64,000 nt of DNA from Gekko japonicus (GCF_001447785.1 NW_015164181.1:2082891-2146890); one strand, 5' to 3'. Counted from the first letter of the stretch, positions 23,334 through 38,557 are shown. The notes: generated by a model from the letters alone, not told the origin. Numbers and translations: made by a program.

Positions 23334-23401
23334 NNNNNNNNNNNNNNNNNNNNNNNNNNNNNNNNNNNNNNNNNNNNNNNNNNNNNNNNNNNNNNNNNNN
23401 N
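23334..23401. other. Assembly gap
   Basis: Run of N. Confidence 0.99.
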
Positions 23402-23728
23402 GTTCTTTCCGTAGCGCTGAAACAGTGTTTCGAGGAAGATACGCCAAGATAAGCACTGTGTCGAAAGACAAACAGGTGTTTAAAAAAAAAAAAGATTAAT
23501 GGAGCACTTAAAAATACATCTCATGGTCCGATAAGTGGTCTGCATCAAAACCCCTAGCCATCGGGTGCTGTAGACTGGAGACTTGTAACATTCTCGCTGG
23601 AACACAGATGCCACATGCTAGAGTTCCAGCACCAGTCCCTTGCTGAATTTGTCCCCACTTGCTCAGCGACTCTTCCCGACGTCTCACAGGCATCCCCGGA
23701 CTGACTGCTTGTTCTGCTTTCCCTGTAG

Positions 23729-23828
23729 GATGCTGCGTCCAAACCACTGGAAGTCCTGCTTCTGGAGAAGAACCGCCTGCTACAGTCTGAGAACGCCACG
23801 CTACGGATCACGAACAGTGACCTGAGTG
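23729..23828 (+). CDS. CUX1: CUX1 exon 14 equivalent (100 bp), [33 protein letters not shown](G); last exon shared with CASP
   Basis: ttccctgtag acceptor and G|gtaagt donor; [12 protein letters not shown] motif. Confidence 0.96.
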
Positions 23829-24525
23829 GTAAGTGGGTGAGATCGGATTGAGGGGGGGAGGGAGCTGTGATGCTTTGATTCTTTGGGAGAATGAAAGGAG
23901 ATCAGGGCCCTGGTGCGTGACCGGGACTGTGAGGATCTTGATTCGCTTTTGATATCTCTCCCTGCTTCTTCTCTCCCGGCCTCCTGTTATGAGAGAGATG
24001 TACAGAATAAGATCTGAAGACCTGAGAGGCATTTGCAAGGGTTTAGGATGATGGGAATCGTTCCGGATGTTCCGGTGATTGGCATTTTTTGAATCTGTCT
24101 TCCATTGCTGTAGGACACTTGGCAATGGTGCTAATGTCTTTTCCCCTTCCTCATAAAATAGATTTAAAGTGAATGTCCAAAGTATGTGTGCGTCTCAAAT
24201 ACTTAGCCAGGCTGTCAGGAAAAAACCAAATTTCCAGTGGTGCGTTTGGGGGTTTGTTGGTTTTCTTACATTTTCATTTTGCCCCCCCCCCCCCCCGTAT
24301 TTCTTTTTTAAGTGGATTGGAATTTGCAGTTGAATTGGGTTTTTTTCTCTTCACATAATGGTTTCCACGGCAGTTGGCAAATGTGTAAACGGGCATCTAG
24401 GTGTTTATTACATTCTAAAATAGCCTCTTAGCTATTCCATGGGATCCTCCATGCTAATAGTCTGTGTAAACAAGCAAGAGTTATCCAGTGTTATCAAATG
24501 TTTGCTGCATTTGGGTTCAACCAAG

Positions 24526-24526
<1 letters not shown>

Positions 24527-24578
<52 letters not shown>
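24527..24578. repeat. (TG)n microsatellite
   Basis: Directly visible. Confidence 0.97.
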
Positions 24579-24582
<4 letters not shown>

Positions 24583-24646
24583 ATCTGGGGAGGGGGGAGG
24601 AGGAAATCAAGTGGGAACGAGATTTTTTTTTCCCTTTTGTCAATGA

Positions 24647-25696
<1,050 letters not shown>

Positions 25697-27324
25697 TGAG
25701 GCGTTGGCCACCAACCTTTCTTTCAGTGTATGTTCTCAGTAGATGGCGGGATTCAATCAGACAGCTTGCCAGACTGAGCCACCAAAGCCCTTTAGATGGT
25801 TTTCGATTTAAGCTTAAAGAGTTAAAGGCAGATTGTACATGGAAGACACAAAGGTAGCTTTGCCATAAATCACAGTGAAGCAGCAGAGTGGAAGACCATT
25901 AAGATGGTGCAAAGACACGGGGACAGTCTCCAGTGTCACCCTCATTGAAACAAGCAGGAGGTGGTGCTTGACCTTGACTTTTCGCAAAGCCATCCCTCTG
26001 TGTCCGACCTACAATTTGCCTTGCACAGATTGTATGTGGGACACACATATAGTTGCTTACCTCCTCTGCTCTTCTACAAGACTGATGTGGTAGAACTTCA
26101 CAGGGAATTGGGTCCTCTGTTAATTCGTAAGAAGATTGGTTGACCATCTACCATGCACGCTCAAAGGTCTTGGGATAGCCCCAATTCATTTGACTGCAAC
26201 AAAACATTTTTTAAAAAAAATACACTTCCAAAGGTCTGAAGTATATTCAGAAAAAAATATACTTTCAAAGGTCTTCCTCATCCCTAATCATGGTTTGTTT
26301 CAAGGGCTTCATTGGAAGCTATTCTAGGCTGGTGCAAAATGTGCTTTCACTGAACAGTCCTCATGGTTCATGTCCGCCATGTGTCCCACTTTCATTGTAG
26401 GACTGTTTTGAGGAGGTGGAATGGTATCTACTTCCCCTCACCCATCCCTCTCATTAGTCCAGTATACATCAAATGGACCCAAGTGAGGAGTAGGCCTTTG
26501 AAATCACGCCTTGTTATCATCTGAATGATCCTTGGGGATGGCATGGTCCAGACCCCTGCCCTCTTCAACAACCTGTAGACAAAAGGAGTCATTGAGCTTT
26601 ATCACTGTGGCCCCTCCCCATGGCAGGCTCATAATTACCCACCCCACAAATGCAAGAGAAAGGGATTACGCTCCTTGCCATATTCAACTCTCGTCTTCTG
26701 CTTAAGGGCCAGGCAGATCAATAGAAAGCAAGAGCAGCAGGGGTTATATAATGTACTTCGCCGAAGCGTAAAGAAAAACTGTAGAGGGGGGAGGGGGGAT
26801 GGTTATCCCATTGATCTCCATTAACAGAAGGGCTGGCACACGCTTGCAGAGGAGGCTGTGCAGTATTGAGTTGGGTGAGATGGTCCATGTAAGAACCACT
26901 GAAATAAATAACCCATCTTTGCCAAGTATTTCTTTTGCGCACTCCCACGAGAAACAGGTTTCATCGCCGACAGGGCAGAACGAGTTATTGCAAGAGAGAT
27001 GGAGTTGCCACCACTCTCTCCCCTGTCCCTGGTAACGTCTGGCGGAGCACAATGGGTGCCTCGTGCTAAATGTTCTTATTTTGCCCCCAAGGACTCCGTG
27101 AGTTGGTGCTGGCCAGCCTTTTCAGTCAACCTCACTGACTTCCCGTCCTTAGTACAACCTCCATCTCATATGTAATGTGTGTCCCGTGATTCCTAGCATA
27201 GCCTTTTTGGGTAGCCAAGGGGAACTCCTCCTTTCATTTTCCTGAGCAGAAGAGATTGTTGGATCCAAACCCTGGGTCTATTGTAACAACTGGTTCATTC
27301 TTTCTAGGGCCATATAATAACAAC

Positions 27325-27537
27325 NNNNNNNNNNNNNNNNNNNNNNNNNNNNNNNNNNNNNNNNNNNNNNNNNNNNNNNNNNNNNNNNNNNNNNNNNNNN
27401 NNNNNNNNNNNNNNNNNNNNNNNNNNNNNNNNNNNNNNNNNNNNNNNNNNNNNNNNNNNNNNNNNNNNNNNNNNNNNNNNNNNNNNNNNNNNNNNNNNNN
27501 NNNNNNNNNNNNNNNNNNNNNNNNNNNNNNNNNNNNN
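27325..27537. other. Assembly gap
   Basis: Run of N. Confidence 0.99.
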
Positions 27538-30280
27538 TGCCCTATGCTGGCCTCCGGCCATCTCAGGCAGTATTGCCAGGCAGTGATTTCCAAGGTTTCA
27601 GGCGGAGAAAAAGGGACTTTCCCAGCAGCAGCTACCCAAGAATTTAGGGGTCGAACCTGGGGCCTACACCATGGAAGTCATGCGCTCCACCCATGGAGAC
27701 AAAGCTGCACGGTACTGAGACAAGATAACCCGTGTAGCCCAATGTGGTCTCCTCTGACCCATAGTAACTCTCCAGAGTCAGGCGGAGAAAAGGGCCTGCC
27801 ACTTGAAATCCTTCCCTGGAGATACTTAGGATTAAGCCCTTGGATTTTCTGCATGCCAGCTGTGTGCTCTGTTAGTAGGCCACGGTCCTGTCCCAATGAG
27901 GAGGGCTTTCCTGGTGCCTCTCCTCTTGTTAATAGCGCAAGGAGGTGGCGCAGATGACTCCCACTGTCTCCTATGGTCTGTTCCCCGTCGAGCTTCTCAG
28001 GCAGAATGTTGTAACTCCTTCTAGGAAAGCCAAATTTCCCCACCCGTCGAAATCGCCTGTTGTTCCTTTTCCTTGTGGTTGTCCTCGCCTTCATACTTTG
28101 TGATCAAAACCCTTTTCCTTGATTTATGCTGCACTTGCAGCTTCTTATGGCAGAAGCTAAGCTGTCTGCCTTGGGTCATGGTTTTCCTCCGTTTGGGGTA
28201 CCCTCTGTAGCACCATCCACCTCATGTCTTGGGTTGTGTGCAAGCACATGGGTGCAGTGGGTCGAATCCGGCATTATTTTAGCAAAAAGGAATCTACTGC
28301 TGAAAGCCTGCAGTTCCAGGTAGAGGAAGGAGAGGTGCATACCAATGGGAAAACTTAACTACAATCTGTGCTTGGTTCAGAGTGGAATGAAATTGAGAAC
28401 GGGGCCTTAGTTGCAAGGCTCTGCATAGCAAAACGGCTGTGGGAATAGAAATGCTAAACCATCCTGGGTTTTTTTGTTCAGTGGTAGCCACAGTTCTGTC
28501 AGTCTGCTTGGTGTGGAGCAGTTCCCCTACCCCCTTCCCTTCCTCATCCCTAATCCTGGTTTGTTTCAAGGGCATCATTGGAAGCAAAAACTTGACTCCC
28601 CACCAAGGGGGTCTCTGTCTATGGTGGCTAAACCAGGGACAAGGGGCTGATGAATTCCCCCCCCCATTGCAACGTTATCTCTAATTCACTTTCTACTGCA
28701 ACAGTGGCTGTATGTTTAAAAAAGCATTGACAGAGATGTCTTAGGATGCTCGGAGCACTTTGTGTGCGTTGTTCTCTTGTGAGTGCAACAATCCCAGGCG
28801 TTGAGGCTAGGGAGGTTGTGACTTGCCTAAGGTCACCTGATAAGATCTTGGCAGAGGCAAGGTTTGAACTAAGGACTACCCGGTGGGTAACTTCCTGTGT
28901 AGTCCACCCTCTCCCGTGTTTTTATTCCTTTTAATGTCGTTACCTTGACTCAGAGCTCAAGGCAGCATCCCCTGGGGGTTCCTGTACAGGCAGTGAGCAG
29001 ACTGAGACCTGCTGAGCTTCTGCCATGTGGCTGCATCCTGCGCCTTCAAAGCAGGCACTGGGACAGCCCTTTGCATGCCGGCGAGAAGGCAAAGGGGTCA
29101 CCCGCAGGGGCAAGGCACTAAACCTTCCCCCTGCTAAGACCAGGAATAAAAATATAGGTTTCCCTTCTTAGCCGTGTCTTGGGGAGTACAAAATATCCTA
29201 ACCCTCTGCTCGTTCACAGTTTGAAGAAGTTCTCTCCTTGTGAACGATTGTTGCGTATAATGCCTAAGATGATTTTAAATTGCAATAGCATTACCGATTT
29301 CTGCATTTCTCTCTCTCTCGATTCGGTCATTCATTTTGGAACTTCCGTCACAAATCCTCCCAACATTCTAAATTGATCTCGAACAGCAGAATGACCGACA
29401 CCAAGCACCGAATAAGAGACTTGGGATGCTTTATCGTTCTTCCCACAACTGTTTTTCTTTTTTCCTTTTCCCACATGCAACATGGCTAGTTATACAGCCG
29501 GTCCGTCTTCCATCTTCTCGTGCAGCCCCACAGTGGCACTGCACTGGCGCAGGCTGGCCGCAGGACATTTTCTCTCTAGCTCAAAAACGCCAAAGAGGGG
29601 GCGCCCCGCCCTTTTTCGGAGCCGACGCCCATGTGGGACTCCCGCCCAACATGTCACCTGCTCTGTCAGCTGTCTCCCTCTTCCCTCAAAACTCAAAATT
29701 TCCACAAATTGAGTTGGTTCCAGCCGAAAGTGGCTTTTCCTTTATGTTGCATGGTAGCTTGGGCAAGAGGGGTTGTCCCCTGGAATTTCTCTTTGCTTGC
29801 TTGCTTTGCTCATTGGTGTGCCGTCATCTGAAAGGGGGTGGGGGTGGGAGAATCCATTTTAAGAAAGAGAGTGGGGGGTTGACCCATTTAATCCTAAAAT
29901 CTCTCGGAGGCACCTCTTGCCTGGAAATCCTGTGCTTGCAAACGGGGGTGTGGGTGTCTTGTACCGTGTTGTCCTCCTTTTGCTCGAGAGCTCTTGCAAG
30001 GATTACTGACCCCTCTCCAATTTTTTTTATACCTTTTGAGAAGTGTATTTATATCTTGACTAATCTCCTTTCTTGAGCATAGCCGTAATCTTTATTAACA
30101 ACCCGGCCTGCCTCGCTTCCTTTCCAAAGGGCCCCCAGCTTCTCTGGCTGGACTGGAAAAGTCGGAACCCCCCCCCCCATACTGCTCGTTTTTTTTCACC
30201 CCCTCTGCCTCTCCCCTGCTAGACCAGACCCGTTTTGTGTCGTCTCGCGGCCCACAGTTGTCAGAACCATCATCCCCTGA

Positions 30281-30490
<210 letters not shown>

Positions 30491-32699
30491 TAAAAGGGTT
30501 GCAGTTTGATTCTGGCCTGGAATCTGATGGAAAAACAGACAATGGGCCGGTGCATGCGTAATGCCGGCTCTCTGCCAGTGTGGTTTGCTAATCAGGAGCC
30601 AGTCTTGGGGAAATCACCCTTTTCTCTCCCTCTTCTGGCGCACAAATTCATCCCTCCTGTCCCTTGCTTGTATGAGCCCACAGTTTCAGTGTTAACGTGT
30701 GCACAGATGCTAACTGTGGTTGACGCTAACCAGAGTTTTCCAGTGGCTCCGATACTGGCTGCTTTAACAGTGGTGAACTTCGGAGTGTGTGCAAAGCCAA
30801 ACCTATGGGTGACTCAAATAAAGGAAGGGTGGAGGGGTATTTGTGCTGGAAGAGGAAAGAGGCATGCTTTCTTGAGGCTGGCTCCTGGTTCGCAAACCGT
30901 GGTTCTCAGGGAACCAGTGTTGGGTCTGCACCGGACCAGTAAGTATAAAACAAACCATGGGTTTTAACAGCAAGAGCTCTAGATCTTTCCCCATCTCTCT
31001 CATTCTACTGCTCTACTACTACTAACCTGGCTCCTTTGAGTGAAAGCTTCTACCTCTCCTAGACAGAATCAGATATTATTTTTCATTTATCTTGATCACA
31101 CTGGTATCCTGTCGATCCTGCAAGCCCCATTTGACCATCACAGCAACTCTTATCAGGCCATTTCGGCTGAGAGAGAGAGAGAGAAAGAGAGAGTGTTTGT
31201 GTGTGTGTGTGACTGGCCTGAGGTCACCCAGTGAATTTCATGGTTGAACACAGATTTGAACCTGGGTCTCCCTAGCCCAAGTCTGAAACTCTTGCCTTCT
31301 ACCCTATGTTGACTGTTCTTACAGGAAATGGCTTATAGCCACTGAGACCAACTCTTTGGGGCTTTGTTGTGGAGGTCTCACTTTTCACAACAGTAAGTAA
31401 TTCTGCTATGAGTTGATACATAAAAGGAGACTCCAGTATCACAGCGATGCGCACACTCCTCAGGAGACCCGTATGATGCAAGCAGGGTTTCCTTCTACCG
31501 TGATTGTGCCTTAATGACACACAGATTTTGAAGCAACTGGTTCTAGCCCATCGGCTAAGCGGATGAGCTGTGATCTGTGAAGTTGCCGGTTCATATCTTG
31601 TCTGTGCCACAGACTCACTAAGTGGCCTTAAGAAAGCCTTTCTGTCTCAGTCTCAGTCCTGCTATTCCCCCAAATAGGTGGTTGTAATTCTGGCCTGCTT
31701 TGCAGGACTGTTGTGCAGATCAGCACAATATCGTATGTTGCAGGACTCTGAACACTGAAAGCATTGCCTATGTCCTAAGTATCATTTTTGATTAGGAGCG
31801 CTGAACGTGGGGAACCAGCACAATGCCCCAAATGGGAATTTGCTCAGGTAGCAAGTAATTCTTGCCTCAGACATCATCTTTGTGGAAGGATTCAGAGGGT
31901 CTGATATTAAGGTTCAGCTTCCTGCTGAGGGAGGATGGGATTCCTGATAGATTACATATAAAGCATAGGAGAAGATGGTTTTGTGAGGGAGTATTGAACT
32001 GTTTCTGTAAAACTGCAGTTCACCTCTGCACACTGTCACTGTACTAACTGAAATGTTTTTGGCCGTCCTTTCCCCCGCTTTCCAGAAGAGGGACCCAAGG
32101 CGGATTACCAAGAGTCCAAGTCAGACAAAATGAAAACACAACATTCGGTGACACCGATATACAAAATAATAGCAGCCCTGACTCCCTCTGCTATTAACTA
32201 AAGTCTCTCCTAAAAAGTACAGCCTTACTAGCATTTTCAAAAGCAGAGAGAGTAGAGATGCTCCTGATCTCCAAGGGAAGCCCAGTCTCTCTTCTGTTCT
32301 CAGGATTTTTCTGCTGTACCCCATAACGGTATAGGACCAGCTGCCCTCGGCGGTCAGTGTCATCTTTATTTTCAAAGGCGAAATTGACACACGTCACTTA
32401 AAGTGTTTTTCTGACTTACTCTTGTGGCCTGCTTGAAGCACACAAAAAAAAAGCAGGCCATTTTAAATGTGTGTGTGTGTGTGTGTGTGTGTTAGATTTC
32501 TGAACTGATTAACAAGTAAAAAGGTGACTTCACAGCCATGTTTCAGCCTCCCCATGCTTTGCAGAGCTAAATCAGATACAGCAGAGAGCAAGTGCAGTGC
32601 CAGGAAGCCTTGGGTTCAAATACCGCCAAGGTAATGAACTCCCTCAGGAACAGTGGCCTTAAGTAAGCTGCTGGTTTGGTTTGGTTTTTGATTTATGCT

Positions 32700-32980
32700 T
32701 GCCAGTTTGGTGTAGTGGTTAAGTGCACAGACTCTAATCTGGGAGAATCAGGTTTGATTCCCCACTCCTCCACTTGCACCTGCTGGATGACCTTGGGCAA
32801 GCCAGAGTTCTGATAAGAGCTGTTCTTGAAAAAGAGCAGCTCCTGTCAGGGCTCTCTCAGCCCCACCTACCTCCCAGGGTGTCTGTTGTGTGGAGGGGAA
32901 GGGAAAGGCATTTGTAAGCCGCTCTGAGCCTCCTTCAGGTAGTGGAGGGCGGGGTATAAATCCAATCTCCTCCTCTTCTT
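32700..32980 (+). mobile_element. Full-length tRNA SINE (L2-tail family)
   Basis: gccagtttggtgtagtggttaag...ggggtataaatccaatctcctcctcttctt. Confidence 0.85.
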
Positions 32981-32994
32981 ACTATATTTATAGC

Positions 32995-33214
32995 TCTCTG
33001 ACCTGGATGACCAAAGCTAGCCTGCTCTAGTCATATCTCAGAAGCTAAGCAGGTTCAGCCCTGGTTAGTATTTGGATGGGAGACCACCCAGGAAGTCCAG
33101 GGATGCTATGTAGAGACAGGGAATGGCAAGCCGCCACTGTTCGTCTCTTGCCTTGGAAACCCTATGGTGGGGTGTCCATCATTCGGCTGCAACTTGATGG
33201 CACTTTCCACCACC
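32995..33214 (+). mobile_element. 5S-derived SINE with 11-bp TSD
   Basis: TSD ATATTTATAGC (32984-94, 33215-25); 5S head. Further copies at approx. 33555-33760, 35497-35715 and 61960-62140. Confidence 0.87.
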
Positions 33215-36079
33215 ATATTTATAGCAGCTCATCCTATCCTCAAGACAGGTTGTGAAACAATATTGAATACCTAAAATTGCAACATTGGGATTGTTCGTCT
33301 AATTAGCTCTGTTTCTGTAATATGAAAGTAAGCCAGTTTTTTTAAAAAAAACCCCTCTTTCCAATGGCAACAGGACTCAGCAAAGCCAGAATAGCTACAG
33401 CAGTTTTTTAAAAGAAACTTTATTTGAAATATTTTTTTTGTGCCACCTTTCCACCTAGGTAGGATCCCCAAGGTAGCAAACATCAGACGTTAAAACATTT
33501 CAAAATTAAAAGCATTTAAAATAAAGTATACATACAAAACTTCCATAAAAGTGATAAGCCCAGGCAAGCCCAATCTTGTCAAATCTCAGAAGCTAAGATT
33601 CTTGCCGACCCTGGCAAGTACTTGGATGGGAGACCTCCAAGGAATACCAGGGCTTGGATGCAGAGGCAGGCAATAGCAAGCCACCTCTCTGAAACATCCA
33701 AGCCCCACTAGGGGTCACCAGAAATCAGTCATGACCTCCAGGCATACACACACACACACAATACCCAAAAAAACCAACAACCCCAAAACCCTTCCATAAA
33801 AGCATATGAACAGCAGAATACAAAAAAAGTGATAAAATCTTGCACATCTTCCTGATGCCAGAAAGTGAGGCACTTTGGCACACCACCTCTGGGAGCGTCT
33901 CTTTCTGTCTTGGGGGCCACAGTGGCAAAGGCCTTGCTTTTTCCTCAAACCAATCTTGCCTCCCAAACAGGCAGAACTCTGTACATCTGTAATCGGGGCT
34001 GGCAATACTAGACTACCTTGCATATTGGCTCACTGATGCCAAATGTTCCTTCTCAATATGGCAAGCTCCTCTGCTCTTCTGACAAGCACAGTGCTTGTAG
34101 GACAACAAGGTACCTCTTCTTTCTGCCCCATCCCAGACCTTTTCCACACTCTGGACTGACTCCTGATTTTCTTGGCCATCAATCCACAAGTATTGGAATC
34201 GGCTGGAGCATGATTCTTCCACACATCTGTCCTCCCCGTGCATTTTCAAAGTTGTAGAGTCAGGTTATTTTCTTCCTCACATGCCTTTAATAATGAGGAT
34301 TTTCAAGAGAGAGTGCCGTCATCATCAGTAATGTTTTAAGCACCCCCATTAAAAAAAAAAAAGCCTAACATTCCCAGCTTTTGTTTTGTTTTGTTTTTTG
34401 AAAAAAATAAGTCTCTAGCCTTTCCCTTTATATCTACATGTCAGGGGGGGGGGGGATAAAGTTTTACTCTTTTTTTTAAATGAAAGCTGTGAATTCAGGA
34501 AACCTTCTTAAACTATCATTACAACACTGCATCAATATATTGCTATTTTAGGGCTGTTTTTTTTTTTAATCAAAACTGAAACCACACATCTTTGGAGTGG
34601 GGGGAGTGGTTTGAGGATGACAGTAATTGAAAAGTGGGTTGAAGGTGGGTGGGACAAAGAAAACAAACAGAAACAGTACACACAAGGGGGGAAAAACGAC
34701 TCAGAATCAGCTTCCAGAAAAATATAGGGGTAAAAGTGGTTTCAAAAGACCGGTGTGTGTGTGTCAAAAAGAATGAAGCTAAAATTAAAGGCATAAGAAT
34801 GTGTGCAGAAATTGAGATAAACCGAAGCAGTATGACACCAGAACCAATGGAAAGAAATCCACGCTGAAAAGGCCCCACTAACCAACTTAATACTCCTCTA
34901 TAAACATATATGAGCATCCCTCCATCTAGTCAAGTGTCGACTTCTCTGACTGACGGTGGCCTCTGCAGGGTATCAGGTGGACAAAAGGCTTTTCCGGCAC
35001 CTGCTACCTAGATTCCATCCCCAATCCAGCCACCCAAATGTGCCTCAAAGCAGAGAGCGGGTGCCGTGCGGAAAGGAGCCTGTACAGCAATGGCTGCAGA
35101 CGACCCGGTCGCACCAAGCCACACTTCTTCCTCTTGCCTGACTCTGGTTGCAGAGGGCAGTGCAAATCTGGATCAAACTTGCGAACCGTAATACAGTTGT
35201 AGCCTGGTTATCTCCAGTCCAGTGTGTCTGTGTCACCCTTTGCTGATCCCTACTCCAGACACAAGTGTCGATTTCAGCCTTATGTTGGAGCACTGTTTAT
35301 GCCCGGGTGAAGTGGGGGGACCGGGATGGCTCTGGGCAATTGTGCCCAGCATTGGCTCTCAGCCTGGTGGCTCTTGGGCAACTTTCTGTGGCTCTGCCCC
35401 CCTCCCCCAATCCAGCTGGCCGGCGGACCTAAGGGCTGCAGGGTGCAATCCAGTCCACAGTCCATGTTCAAATGTAGTTGTAAGGGTGCTGGGCCCTGAC
35501 CTGGATAGTCCAAGGTATCCCGCTCTCGTCAGATCTTGGAAGCTGAGTGGGGCCAGCCCCGGTTAGTATTTGGATGGGAAACCACCAAGGAAGCCCAAGG
35601 TCACTACCCAGAGGCAGGCAATGGCAAACCACTCCTGTATGTCTCTCGCCTTGAAAACCCCATGAGGGGTTGTCATAAGTCAGCCGCAACTGGATGGCAA
35701 AGGGTGTGTGTGTGTCGGACTAGGATCTGGGTGGCCCAGGTTCAACCCCCTGCTCTGCCGTGTCAGCTTGTTGGGTGGCCTTGGACCAGCCATTCTCTCT
35801 CAGCCTAACCTACCTCGCAGGCTTGTCGTCGTGAGGATAAAACAGGGGTGGGGAGAACGGTGTGAGCCACTTTGGGTCCTCATTGTAGAGACAGGCCGGG
35901 GTATAAGCGAAGTAAATAAAGAAACCCCCACCCCCACTGAATGGTCCGGGGGGCAACGTTGGGGGTGGGGGCGCAAAGCAGAAGCAACCCCACCAAAAGG
36001 CAAGGTGATGCCAGTGGATGTCATACAAAGTAGCAGAGTGGGGAGATGGAGACTTAGGATCCCACACTGCATCTGCACT

Positions 36080-36227
36080 AGGTAAAGGTAAAGCTTTCCC
36101 TTGCTCGAAAGCCAGCCGATTCTGACTCTAGGGATGCGGTGCTCATCTCTGCTTCCAAGCCGAAGAGCCAGCGCTGTCCAAAGACGTTTCCGTGGTCATG
36201 TGGCCGGCGTGACTAGACGCCGAGGCG
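36080..36227 (-). mobile_element. Sauria SINE 3' fragment
   Basis: Near-identical to 17086-17230. Confidence 0.85.
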
Positions 36228-37966
36228 TATTTCAGTTGATGGAAGGCAACTGCCTTGCCTGTCCCCTCCTGCTGCAGCCCAGAACGCTGATCCTGGGAGA
36301 CAGGAGACCCATAATCATGCGAGGGGCAGATCTAGTTGTCTGCAGCAGGAGGGAGGAAATCGCTGAAATTTAACAACATGCGCCCCCTTCCACTAGCAGA
36401 AATTTACCATGGGATCCAGCCCTTTACCATGCAGTCTATCTGGAAGCCTTCCCCCCACAAGCCTCCCTGAATTACGCAAGAGCTGTTCCCGGGAACTTCA
36501 CAAAGGATCCCCCCCAACGTGTGTAAAATGAATGGGAGCAAAAGCCAGCTTGGACTTTCTGCCACAGGCGCCAGAATGTCGTGGGCCAGCCCTTCGGTAC
36601 ACATAAATGCCTCCCTGCGTCCCAGCAGTGATGGTGGCCGCTGGAGGAATGGGGAGGGGGGAGACCTGTCAGGTCCAAAATCATGGGAGTCTGCTCTGTC
36701 ACCCTGCATTAGTTACGCTTTACGTCTTCAAGTGCAATTCACACTCAGCTGTGTGTGTGTGCGCGCGTGCATGCTCCTGTGTCTTTTAAAAGCAGCCCTG
36801 TGAGAAGCATTATACTTACGGATGGCAAACGAAATAGCTTTCCAAGTTGTTAGGCGTGTTGTGTTTTTGTTTTTAAAATGAAAAATATGCTTCATCTTAC
36901 TGGGGAGGGGACTTTTAAAAATCACATTTAATCGTATAGGCAGCTCCAAGTATTGCCAGGATAACTCAAATAAATGGTTCTCCCCCTGTACCCTTACCCC
37001 ATAGTCAGTATTTCCTCTTAAAGATTCTCCCCTGCAACGGAAAAAGCGCTATATTTGGAACAGTAGTTTGTAGTTGGTTTTCTTTTCTTTCTTTTTCAAG
37101 TGGGAAAGAAATAGGCCTACAACTTGTGCTTTCTTTCACTAGCTGTTGTTGAGTGGGAATAGTTTTAAGTCTTTGTGATCAGGTTCTGGTGCTTGGAAGC
37201 GTCCTCTCATCTCAGAGGCAAACCGAGTTTAAGAGGCTTTGTTAGGCAAGTATCCTCCAGGGAGCTCGGAGATAGCATGCCTGGTTCCTCCCTCTTCCAT
37301 GTTGTTCCTCAGAGCAATCTTGTAAGGTAGGTTAGGCGATGAGAGAGAGAGCCTGGCCCCAAGGATAACCAGTGGACTTTAGGTCAGAGAGAGGATTTGT
37401 ACGCAGGTCTCCCAAGTCTTAATCCAACCTTTGTATTACCCTGCCTTAGTGATGGAGCATGTGTCTTCCACATAGAAAGTCCCTGCTAAAATATATTGGG
37501 TAGCAGGGTTAAAGGCCTTCAAGAGATGTTGCCAGGCAGAACAGACGGCACCTGGCCCAAGAGAATCTGATCCAATATGTTAAATCTGTTTAAAAGAACA
37601 TTTGTTTAAAAGACACTCTGTAAGTAATTTTTGACCAGAGACTCCAGAGGTGTTCACCATATTCGTTATTTAAAAAAAGGACAGTTCAACAAATTAAAGT
37701 CATACAAAAGAATGAGGGAAGGGGGAACACAGGAAGCTTGAACAACTGAATTTTAAAATTCGGAATTCAGAATGTAAAGCAGTAAAAAAAAAATAATCCA
37801 GGCCATTTTTGAGGTGAGTATAAGGCAGGTTGGTGTCCTTACACAGAGCACAAAAATGTGGCAGTGGATACTGGTTTTGATTTGGTTTGGTTGATCTCCT
37901 ACTGGCTTTGAATGAAAACCCTCTCCTCCGATGGTTAACCGTCGTTAAATTTCTCACTTTTTCCAG

Positions 37967-38068
37967 GTAACATCACCACGAGAATTCGAACCACAGAGGC
38001 AAGCTCCGATGATGCTATCAAATCCATCCTAGAGCAAGCCAAAAGGGAGCTACAGGTGCAGAAAACAG
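37967..38068 (+). CDS. CUX1: CUX1 exon 17 equivalent (102 bp), (G)[33 protein letters not shown](A)
   Basis: tttttccag acceptor and CAG|gtaggg donor. Confidence 0.96.
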
Positions 38069-38557
38069 GTAGGGACTCACTGCCGCCCTTGCCGTTTGAG
38101 GGCAGGAGAGTGGGATAATCTATGTGGCCGGCCCCCTGCCAACTGTGTCCAGCACCAGCGAAAGTGCCACCCACAGGAGGCTTCTCTCTATATTCAAGAC
38201 ACTCTCCAGGTGTGCCCCAAAAAAAAAAAATGACTTGGATATTAACCAGAAGCATGGAGACCTCAAAAATAGACTGACTGGGGCTGAGCATGCTCTAGCA
38301 GGCGTAGAGTGTTGAGTGCAGTTGAGACTTAGTTAAAGAGCGGAAATGAAAGGAAAGGAAATGGGGAAACTGGCCTGCTCAAGTCCCAGAGTGTTTGTAG
38401 GGACCTGGAGGAGGAGATTTGGGTGTGGGAAATTTCCCAGTCGTCGCTCCCCGCCACCCGCTCCCTCCCTCATACCTTCCCACAGTTCTCAGGGCCCCTG
38501 GCTTGTGCAGACTGCTGCCAAGAGCCCTTTAGGGAACCTTGCTACACAGGAGGTGGC

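Noticed and set aside
23641-23656. TGCTGAATTT(T)GTCCCC shared upstream of exons 14 and 19
   Set aside because: Short, at different distances from the acceptors and a poor branch-point match; may be chance.
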